This document shows positions 25,701 through 37,700 of a DNA stretch of 64,000 nucleotides, one piece after another. Source of the DNA: Octopus sinensis (Eukaryota); contig NC_042999.1 of assembly GCF_006345805.1 (NCBI RefSeq), positions 150,536,001 to 150,600,000 on the forward strand, in the 5' to 3' direction. Position 1 is the first letter of the stretch; each line of letters begins with the position of its first letter. The notes under the pieces were generated by a model, which was not told where the DNA came from, ran no database searches, and was given only the letters and a program-made list of their open reading frames with translations. The translations under genes and the position numbers were made by a program.

Positions 25701-28700
25701 ACACATACGCCACAGAAATGGGGAAACTGGGCCCATGAGCCTGGCTAGGCTTGAAAAGGGCACAGAAGAAGAAGATACGGTTAATTAAAGGACACTAACT
25801 GATAAGGATCCTTACCTTAACGGGATGTTTTACAGTTTCTGTTAATGAAAATCGAGATGTTTCTCGAATCAGTGATGGCTTCCCTAACCTAGCTTGTATG
25901 TAATTAGCTGCTACATTGGTACCATATTTTGCTGTGTATACTCCAATAGCCAACATTGTCAAACCAGCTACCTAGAAATAGAGATATGCATTCATTTAAA
26001 ATTAATATTGTAACAAAGACATCAACAGATATAAAGAGTAGAATTCATTTTTAAGCATAAAAAAAAAAAATGATAATCCTTAACTGAGTGGTGCACGTCG
26101 TATTCTTGAACAGTTATTTCATTTCACACTGGTTCAGTTTATTCAGCTATGAATACCAGCTTAGTGGTGCTGATGTAGTTAACTCTCCCTCAAGCAATGT
26201 AAAAAAATGGGTATATCATTGACAACTTCCAAGAAAGGTGAAACATCTGATATTCCATATGAATCACTGCTGCAATGACATTCATTTTGTGTTGATATAG
26301 CGTTTTTAGCACAATATATCTATGAAAAGATTTTCTCTCACACAAAATCCACAGCAGCAAATCATTCTATGGCATATATGTCTGCTTGTGTCTACATGAG
26401 CAAATGAAACAATTTGCAAAAGTATTGTACATGTTGTCAAATCATACTCGTCTGTGTGTGACAGTTGGCTACACTTAAGACAAGGCATACTAAATCTCTA
26501 TGTCCCTCTCCTCCCCTCTCACACTTATTCTCTCATCTCAGACCCTGCACTAAGCTGCCTCATTCTTTCTCATCATAATTATAACTCCCTGAAATATCCT
26601 CCCATCAAATTTTATCTGCAGACATTAACCCTATCGCTGGCTAAACTGAACATAACATTGACCTCATTAACTGGGAAGAGAAAGTGTAAAGGTTACAACC
26701 ACTGCTCTTACTTCTCTAACAAACCTTTTTACAAAAGCAAATGATACAAAGCTTTATAAGCTTACATTTGCTTGATTTATCCATATCTTCTGTTGAAAAG
26801 CCCTCAAATTCAGTATCACTGTTTGATAGCATGAAACTGTTATCCATTTTAAAAGTTGAAAAAAAAAAAAAAAAATTGCCAAAGAAAAATGTGGAAAAAA
26901 TTTTCTCCCAAAATTCACACAGCTCAGATATCACATCAATGTCAGATACTGTAACTTGACTATTTACAAAGTGAAATCATGTGTTTTCACGAATGTGCTA
27001 ATGAGATTTGTGCTTAAATTCACATTTAAATATAAATGGGTTCACTCAGCTGGCATCGACTGAGTTGATCATTTGAGCCAAAAAAATTTTTCAGTTGGCT
27101 GCAGCTGGGTTGGTAACAAAAGGGGTAAAGGAGTGAATTATATATAAACTGTGGGACTTATTTGTAGCCAGGTAAACTGGGTTACTTTGAAGTTACGTGT
27201 TCTGATCATAAACAGAACTCTGGTGGTGACAGGATATAAACCAGTGAATCCCTGGTTAGTTAGCCACTTCTCTATCCATAGACTCAGTTCAATATATGCC
27301 TCTGTTTAAATACTGATATGTTGTGGTTGGTTATGGTGGTGGTATTAAGAAGATAATCTGAAAATATTTTTTATGCAAGCCCTTAACTAATTGACTTTTT
27401 GTCTCAGTCACAAAAGAAAGAAACAAAACAAATACATTTGAGAAAGAAAATGTAAAAAACAAAAAAAATTTCCTTACTGTAGCAGAAACTCTGTCCCAAT
27501 CTTTAATAAAAGCCATGAAACCAGTTCCAAGAACATCACCAGCAGTTCTTTGTTGCAAAACAGAAAGAGAGAAATGTGTTACAAAATATTGCTTGTAGTA
27601 ATAGAAGCATTCTAATAAAGAAAAAAAGGTGCATCATTATTATCAAGATTTAACATTCACTTTTCCATGCTTGCATGGATCAGATGGGATTTGTAACATT
27701 CCTGTTACCAACTCTCACTTGTTTCCAAGCAAGGTAATATTTCCCTGTGGTCAGACATATTCTCACAGAATATTGGAAATAAATGACATTGCCTGTATGA
27801 CAGTGACACTTGTTTACAACTATCACACAATGCCAAGATAAGGAGGCACAAACACAAACAACAGGCTTCTTTCAGTTTTTGTCTAAGAAATCCACTCACA
27901 AGGCTTAGGTTGACCTGGAGCAATCATCATCATCATCGTTTAGCGTCCGCTTAAACGATGATGATAATAGAAGATACTTGCCCAAGGTGCCAATCAGTGG
28001 CATTAAACCCAGAACTATGTGGTAAGAAGCAGACTTCTTACCACACAGCCACATCTGCTCCTGCATGTATATTCCTATCAGGTTTTTCATTCCACAGGTC
28101 ACAGAAACTGTAGAGCAATCAGAATGTAAAGATATCACTCCACTTTGTTCACACAAAGCCACAAGGTGTCAGCATTTGTGCACATTAGTATGCACAATCA
28201 TCAGCATTTAATGTCTGACTTCTATACTGACAGGATCCAACCAAGTGGAAGTCTGCATCAAACTCCAGTGTCTATTTGACATGGTTTCTCTGGCTAGATG
28301 GCTGTGTGCTAAGAAGTTTGCTTCTCAACTGCACTGCTCCAGATTCAGTCCCTGGCATCTTGTGCGAGTGTCTTCTATTATAGACCTGGGTGGACCAAAA
28401 CCTTGTGGGTGGATTTGGGAGACAGAAACTGAAAGAAGCCCATTATATATTTTTGTGTATGTGTGACTGTCTCCTTGCTTCGACACTGCATGATAGTTGT
28501 AAACGAGTGTCACTGCAATACAAGCGGTGTTGTTTATATTGAATATTCTGTGAAAATATGTCTGGTCATTGGGAAATATTTTACTTGAAAACAGGTGAGG
28601 GTTGGCAACAGGGAGAGCATCCAGCTATAGAAAATCTACTTCAACAAATTTCATCTGACCCATGCAGGCATGCAAAAGTGGATGTGATGACGATGAAGCT

Positions 28701-31700
28701 GACCATGTGTGAAATAATAATAAATACCAACTTACAAACACATAAACAGAAACTTACTCAATAGATTTCAGTATAGTTTCTCGATGCTCAGCTCCTTTCA
28801 GCTTGATCTCTTTCTGAATGAGATCCCAGTTTTCTCGATCTACTTTGGCCTTTTCTTGGATCTTGGCCCTCAACCTCATCATTTTGTGTTTGTGAAGGAC
28901 ATCAGCTTCATGTTCAACAGTGGCTGGAAAAAATAGTTATAAAATGAACAGGAATTTTGAAATTTAAAATGGAAGAGTAAGAAAAAATGTACATAAAAGA
29001 AAATATTGTGTGTACAGCTACAGAAATAGTTGATAGTTGAGTGGGTTGTAGCTATGTACATTTGTAAACAAGCAGAAACCTTTTTATACATACAGGTTTG
29101 ATACACACATTTGTACTTTTTATGCAGCTGTTTTTTTTACACAAACATACATTCATTATTATTATTAAGGCAGCAAGCTGGCAGAATTGTTAGCATATCA
29201 GGTGAAATGCTTAGTAGTATTTCATCTGCTGCAATGTTCTGAGTTCAAATTCTGTCGAGGTCCACTTTGCCTTTCATCCTTTCGGGGTCGATTAAATTAG
29301 TACCAATTACACACTGGGGTTAATGTAACCAAACTTAATCCCTTCCCCCAAATTTGAGGCCTTGTGCTTCCAGTAGAAAGGATTATCATTATTGTTATTG
29401 TTATTATTATTATTATTAATAATAAAGCAGCAAGCTGGCATAATTGTTAGCACACTGGGTGAAATGCTTAGCAGCATTTTGTCCGTCCTTACATTCAAAG
29501 ATCAAAGTCTGCCATGGTCAACTTTGCCTTTCCTATTTTTGGGGTCGATAAAATAAGCACCAGTTGAGCACTAAGTTTGATGTAATCAACTTGCATCTCT
29601 CCCAAGATTGCTGGCCCTGTGCCAAAATTTGAAAACATTATCACCTCTGCCTTAGTGAAGCTACGATATTAGTTTTACTTAACTCAACAAGTCTTCTCAA
29701 ACATATCATATCACCCGACGCATCAGAGGTACTCTTAAACTGAACCAGACATGCGTGGTTGTGATCTCATTTTAGTTGCCGGCCCCTCTCAATCACATCA
29801 CATCTCCAAAGGTCTCAGTCTCCTGTCATTGCCTGAGCCTCACTGAGGCAATGACAGGAGACCGAAACCTTTGAAGACAAGCTGTGATTGAGAAGACCCG
29901 GCAACTAAAGCGAGATCGCAGCCACGCATGTCTGGCCCAGTCTAAGAGTACTCCTGATATGTGTATATATGTTTATATATATATCTGCATATGTGTGTGT
30001 GTGCATTTACTGAATGATAAATTAAATTTCATGTATTAAATTACTATATTTATAATGAGTTGGGAATCATTTACTTATCATATAAAATAATTTGCGTTTT
30101 TAGGTTTAGTCTTGAAAAATCTACCCAGAAGCTATGTCTCACCAACACATGTATACAATATTAGTTACCTTTTTTAAGTGCTTCCTGTCTGGCTGTAGAC
30201 TCTTCTTGTTTTTTCAGATTTTCTTCATTCATTCTTGCCTGAGAATAAATTAGAAAAGAATGTTCAAATACATACACATACATATATATCATCATTGTTT
30301 AATGTCTATCTTCCATGCATGCATGGGTAGAATGGAGGCTACTGAGTCTGCTTTGGCAGGGATTTTATGGCTGGATGCCCTTCCTGACACCAATTACTCT
30401 GCAGTGTGCGTGTTTGTCTTGACATTATATGATGGTTGTAAGCAAGCATCACCATCATATAAATGGAGTTCCAGTCTCCTGTGGAAAACATGTATGGCCA
30501 TGGGGAAATATTACCTTGCTTGGAAGTAGGTGAGGGTTGGTGGCAGGAAGGGCATCCAGCCATAAAGAATCTGCCATAACAAATTTTGTCTGACCTATGC
30601 AATGATGGAAAAGTGGACATTAAATAACTGTAAAGATGATACCATTGTCATCATCACTGTTTTAACATCAAATCTGAATGGATCAAACCATCAAATCTGA
30701 AAGGGTCAAAGCAAGGTCAACTTTGGCTGATTTGAATTCAGAACTTAAAGATGGACAAAATGATGCTAAGCAATCTGCCCAGCATGCTAACGATGCTGCC
30801 AGTTCACCACCTTATTATATAATTAATGACTTGTAGGCATACAGTATTTCGTTATGCAACCACAATATACTATATCATTATCATCGTTTAATGTCTGTTT
30901 TCCATGCTGGCATGGGTTGGAGAGCCAGAAGGCTGCACCAGGCTCAATTTGATCTGGCAATGTTTCTACAGCTGGATGCCCTTCTTAGCGCCAATCACTC
31001 TGAGAGCGTAGTGGGTGATTTTTATGTGCCACCAGCACGGGAGGCAGTCAGGTGGGCCCGGCATTGAACACGTTCGGATAGTGTTTTTAACGTGCCACCA
31101 GTATGGGGACCAGTCAGGGGCACTGGCATCAGCCATGATTGTATGGTACTTTTTACATGCAACCAGCATGGTAGCCAGCCAGGTGGCACTGGCAATGGCC
31201 GATTTAAATGCTAAAGTTATTTTCATTACATTCATGAGTATTTTTTAAATTACTTGAAATAAAGAGGATGTATTTCTATGAAGAACAGAGTAACAAAAGG
31301 ATTAAAGGAGATTAACAGTTTACCTGCTGAGCTAGTTGTTCATCATAACGTTTACGAGCTAACTGATCCTGGTATTGTGCTCTTTGCTGATACTGACGAG
31401 TTTCTTCAGCCATTGATTTTCTCTTTTCTTCTTGTATAACTCTCTGTTCTTCAATCTTCTGTTGGGCAACGTGAGCTTCATATTCCTGAGAAAAAAAAAA
31501 ATTATTGAAATATGAAGAAAAAAAAAACCCATTCAACTATGTGACATGAACAATAACATTTTTCTCAATTAGGTGATTATTAGATTCTAGCTATTGTCAT
31601 AGCTGTTTAACCTCTGAACAACTATGAGCAAATGTTTTCCAACCATGGCCATCCAATCTCTTTCTAAATCAGAGACTACATTCTCTGATGTATTGTTTTT

Positions 31701-34700
31701 TTATTATCATTTTTAAGTGAGCTGGGAGTAATGTGAGGGAAATTTGGCTGTTATTTCTGGCAAGCTAGATCACTTAGCAGCTTCCTTGACTCAAATTAAT
31801 TGTAACAGGTGATAATGCATTCCAAACAAGCAACTTCAAGGGCAAAAAAAAAAAAAGAAAAAAAGTAGCAAAAAAATTACATTGTGGATTACATAAATAT
31901 ACATTATTTATAGAAGATGGACAGGTGTCGTTACCTTTGTTGTCAGGTATTCTGGTGGAATTTTGAACCCAACCCTTTATTTGATTAATAGTACTCTGTT
32001 CTCATTCTTAAGGTAAGGTATTCTTTTTTGCTGATGTTATTTTTTCTGTTGATATTATTTCACCAAGTCCTTGCCTGGGATTGAACTTAGAATCCAACAG
32101 TTAGTAGCCCATACAAGCATATATGCATAGTGGTAGTACCAGTTCTACATTCTTTACCAGTAGCACTACCAACACATAGCAACCTGACTAAAATCCTTCG
32201 ACAGATTTGTATTATTTTTTTGTGTCCCAGGTAGTACTCCAGAAATCCTTCTTCAATGGAATTTTTTTTCATCATATTCTATTATTTCTATTTGTTGTGT
32301 CTTGTGTGTTTCCGAATTCTTCCTTGTTGTATCTCTCTTTACTCCTTTACTTGTTTCAGTCATTTGACTGCGGCCATGCTGGAGCACCGCCTTTAGTCGA
32401 GCAAATCGACTTATTCTTTGTAAGCCCAGTACTTATTCTATCGGTCTCTTTTTTGCCGAACCGCTAAGTGACGGGGACGTAAACACACCAGCATCGGTTG
32501 TCAAGCAATGCTAGGGGGCCAAACACAGACACACAAACACACACATACATATATTTATATACTAGCAGTATCGCCCGGCGTTGTTCGGGTTTGTAAGGGA
32601 AATAACTATAAAGCATTTTTAGAGAGTTATAGCCAAAAAATGGAAAAAAAATGGTAAATTTTTTTTTAGTTAAAAAGGTCGAGTTGCGTCCCTTAGACAG
32701 TCTGTGGTTTGTGTTTCTGATTCTCGACCCCATGTCGAATTTATCGATTTTTTTCAGAACTGGGGGAACTTTTCAAAATTTTCGCTGCGTTAGTTTTGAA
32801 TTATGACATTGGGCTATGTGTGTGTCAAGTTTCATCAGAATCGGTTGAAAGCCGTGGTCAGGGTGAGGGTACAACCTGACAGACACACAGACAGACAAAC
32901 TGCCGTTTATATATATATATATATACATATATACGACAGGCTTCTTTCAGTTTCCGTCTACCAAATCCACTCACAAGGCATTGGTCGGCCCGGGGCTATA
33001 GCAGAAGACACTTGCCCAAGATGCCACGCAGTGGGACTGAACCCGGAACCTTGTGGTTGGTTAGCAAGCTACTTACCACACAGCCACTCCTGCGCCTATC
33101 CCGCATGTTTTTGAATTCTTGTCACCGAATTTTTCCCTTTTGTATTCAGCAGTCATTGTTGTATCCTGCGTGTGTTCGAAACCTCTTTGCCACTGTTGTA
33201 TCTTATGTTAGCAGTTTCGAACATTCCTTGTCACCACTGTTACGACTTCACTGCATGTTTTGCATGTTCTGATTTCAATTTCAGGGAAAGCACTAAGATG
33301 AATTCACGAAAATCAACTGAAGTGGAAAATGTCATGGCACAAGACACCTGAAGAAGGCTGGAGCATACAACAGTTGAAATGTAGTGGAAACAACAATCAA
33401 GATGAAGACAACAGTCTGACCAAATTAAATTCACTTCTTTAAATTTCCACCTCTGTTTCATTCTTTACTATAAGGATTTTACTTTTCAAAATATGTTTAC
33501 ATGGAATTCACCCCATGGCCAGACATATTTTCACAGAAGATTGGAAATAAGGGACACACCTTCTATGATGGTGACACTTATTTTCATTTGTCACACAATG
33601 TCAAAACAATGAGACACTAACACACACACTCCCATATATACACACACATACATCATCATCATCATCGTTTAACGTCCGTTTTCCGCGCTAGCACGGTTGG
33701 ACGATTCGACCGGGGTCTGGGAAGCCAGGGCCGCACCAGGCTCCAGTCTGATCTGGCAGAGTTTCTACAGCTGGATGCCCTTCCTAACGCCAACCACTCC
33801 GCAAGTGTAGTGGGTGCTTTTTACGTGCCACCTGCACAGGTCCCAGGGGGTCCGGCATCGGCCACGATCAGTTGGAGCTTTTAACGTGCCGCCGGCACGG
33901 AAGCCAGCCAAGACGGCGCTGGCAACGGCCACGTTCGGATGGTGCTTTTTATGTGCCACCGGCACAGAGGCCAGTTGATATATAGTGAGACGTGGGCCCT
34001 GAATGTAGAGGGCATGCAAAGGTCAGAAAGGAATGAGGCTGGTATGCTCTGCTGGATGTGTAAAGCAAATGTACATGTTCGACAGAGTGCTAGTGTTCTG
34101 AGACAGAAGTTAGGCATAAGAGAGAAGACTGTGCTGGTTTGGCCATGTGATGCAGATGGACACCAACAGCTCTATAAAGAAGTGTCAATCTCACACAGTA
34201 GACAGAACATGTGGAAGTGGGGGACTCAGAAAGACATGGGATGAAGTACTGAAGGATGAACTCAAGATGCTGAACCTTTCAGGTGAGATGACAAAGGACC
34301 GAGATGTTTGGCGTCTTGCTGTACTCAAGAAGACCCATACTCCACAGCAGAAGTGCTAAGACTGGTCCCTCTGGTAGCGAAAAGCACTTGTGGTGGTGTC
34401 ACATAAAAGTACCTGTGTGGCACCACATAAAAGCACCCAGCTGTAAAAAACATGCCAAATCAGACTGGAGTCTGGTGCAGCTCCCTGACCCTGGTCAAAC
34501 TGTCCAACCCATGATAGCATAGACAACGGACATTAAATGATGATAGCCAGCGCTGCCTCGACTGGCTTCTGTGTCGGTGGCACGTAAAAAGCACCATCCG
34601 AATCGGGGCCGAAGCCAGTGCCGCCTCGACTGGCTTCCGTGCAGGTGGCATGTAAAATGCACCAATCCGACCGTGGCCGATGCCAGCCTCACCTGGCACC

Positions 34701-37700
34701 AGTGCAGGTGGCACGTAAAAAGCACCCACTACACTCACGGAGTGGTTGGCGTTAGGAAGGGCATCCAGCTGTAGAAACATTGCCAGATAAGACCGGAGCC
34801 TGGTGCAGCCTTCTGGCTTCCCAGATCCCCGGTCGAACCGTCCAACCCATGCTAGCATGGAGAACGGACGTTAAACGATGATGATGATGATATATAACAC
34901 ACACACATGAGTGAGTGGACAAATGAAAGAGGGGAGCGCTCAACACATTTAGAAGGAGTTACATGTATTATTTAATAGTTTGATTTGGTTCTGTGCTACT
35001 TCATGTTTTGCAGGCTCCTAATGGGAGCCCAACTCCTTTAGGCTATGGAATACCAACCTGAAGGAGTTGGGCTCACGTTAAGAGCCTGTGAAACTTGAAG
35101 AACTATTTTAAATAATATATGGGGCTGAATCTGAGACCGCATATTTGGGAAACAAGCTTCTAACCGCACAACCAAGCCTGCACCCAGTATGTACTGTCCA
35201 GCTTCTCCAGCACACATCAAAATCATCATTTAACATATGACTCCTATGTTGGCATGAGTTGGAAGTCAGCATCAAGCTCCAATGTCTGTTTTCGCATGGT
35301 TTTGATGACTGGATGCCCATTCTAATGCCAACATCACAGAGCATGCTTGGTGATTAAAAAAAAAATTTTTTTGTGGTACCAGCACTGGTGAGGTCACCAA
35401 GAAACATGCAGAGCAAGACAAGTCTGTTCAATGAAATGCGAGGGATTCCCTTTCTTGGTTGACCTGATCTGTGTTTTGTTTGTAAATTAAAAGTAGACAC
35501 AAAACAGTTGCTCTACATTTGGTTTATGAAACTCAAAAGAGCCTCTAGTTGGTCACCGAAACTGTTAAAAATAGTAACCAAATTTCCCTCAAAACATACT
35601 TTACCATCTTTGAAAAATAAAAAAAGAAGACATATTGGGTAATGTAGTCTTAGATATACAAACAGATGTGATAGTCATAGTTGAAATGCCTTTTAAACAT
35701 AAGTATGCTGGCTCAGCACTGACCTAGGGCTAGACAACATCAGAACGCATTCAATCTTCTCTAATAATAACATTAACTAAAAACATACAGCTGTACCATA
35801 CATTCACCTTTGCTACACAAATAAAGCAGTTTTCAGCTTTAGCACAGGAGTGAAGTAACATAACTATTGGGTTGTCTGGAAAGTTTGTGCCGATTTTTAA
35901 AGGAAAGAAAAAGGTCACTAAATATTTGCCATTACATTTTTAATCAACCAAATATGAACCATTTTGTTGCACAATGCGTTTCCATCTTTCCTTTAACTTA
36001 AAAATACCCTCTTCCCAGAATTGTGGTGGTTTCATGGCAAACATTCATCAAGGTATCTTTTTATGTCATCCAAGGAATTGAAATTTTTACCATTAAGACT
36101 ATTCTTCAGAGACCTAAATAAGTGGAAATCTGAAGGAGCAATATCTAGTGAACATGGAGGGAGGGGTAACACATCCCAGTCGAGCTGCAGCAATTTTTGT
36201 CTGGTTCCAAAAGCATCAAGTGCTGAAAATGAACTTTCTTATCTTACATTTTAAAGGGTTACAGAATTAACACAGGTTATAGGAACATAAACCTTCTTCT
36301 ACAAAAAGATAGCTTAAACTGTGCTCTAAATGGAGATGTAGTCAAATCCTATGTTATGGACTCAACCATGTTCTAAAGTAAGTTGAAATGTAAGCTACTA
36401 TAAATCGGTACAAACTTTCTGGACAACCCAATGTTATAGAAGTAATGAGTATACCTTCATTTCTTTCTGGTACTTTGCTTGCAACGTTGCTTCTTGCATT
36501 TTAGTCAAATCCAAAGCTTCCCTTGAGAATTCTAGAAAAATAAAAACGGGTATAGATATAAAAACCAAAAATATATTATGTACTGGCTCTCATAGCAGAA
36601 TCACTACCGGAACTAGAAAAGAAATTTCGGGTGTGGAAGTAAGGGTTAGAATCAAAGGGCCTTAGAGTAAATGTAGCAAAGACCAAAGTTATAGTAAGCA
36701 GAAAGGCGAACTCAGCACACACACCCTCGGGCAGGTGGCCCTGCTCGATCTGTAGGAAAGGTGTAGGCAGAAACTCCATAATATGTACCCAGTGTAAGCT
36801 ATGGACGCATAAGAGGTGCAGCAACATCAAAGGGAAATTAACTGATAAGATAGCTTTCATGTACGGCAGATGCACAAGGACAATAGACACCACAGATACT
36901 CAGAAAACAGATTCCATCACACTCCAGGGGAAGAAACTAGAAGTAGTTGATAGTTTCCACTACCTGGGTGACCAAGTTAATAGTGGAGGTGGATGCTCAG
37001 AGAGTGTCACCACTAGAATACGAATAGCCTGGGCAAAGTTTAGAAAGCTCCTACCCCTACTGGCGACAAAAGGTCTCTCGCTCAGAGTGAAAGGTAGATT
37101 GTATGATGCATGTGTGCGAACTGCCATGCTTCACGGTAGTGAAACATGGGCTGTGACTGCAGAGGACATGTGTAGACTTGAAAGAAATGAAGCTAGCATG
37201 ATCCGCTGGATGTGTAATGTCAGTGTGAGCGCACGACAGAGGGTAAGCACCCTGAGAGAAATGCTGGACATAAGAAGCATCAGATGTGGTGTGCAAGAGC
37301 GACGCTTGCGATGGTATGGTCATGTACTGCGGATGGATGAGGAGAGATGTGTGAAGAAGTGCCGCTTCCAAACAGTTGAAGGTATCAGGAGGAGAGGTAG
37401 ATCCAGGAAGACATGGGATGAGGTAGTCAAGCATGATCTCAGAGCGTTGGGCCTCTCAGAGGCAATGACGAAGGACCGAGATCTCTGGAGATATGCTGTG
37501 ACTGCAAAGACCCGGGCTGCTTCCTGCACCAGTCCCGCATAGCCCCAGCCCATTCAAAGTACCTTGGATTCCAGAACATCCCGCTGTGCTTGAGGAGACC
37601 TATTGAGTCAAGTACATGAACATTGAAATAAATATCAATGGAAACAGTTGTTGTGATACCTGTGCCGGTGGCATATAAAAAGCACCATCTGAACGTAGCC

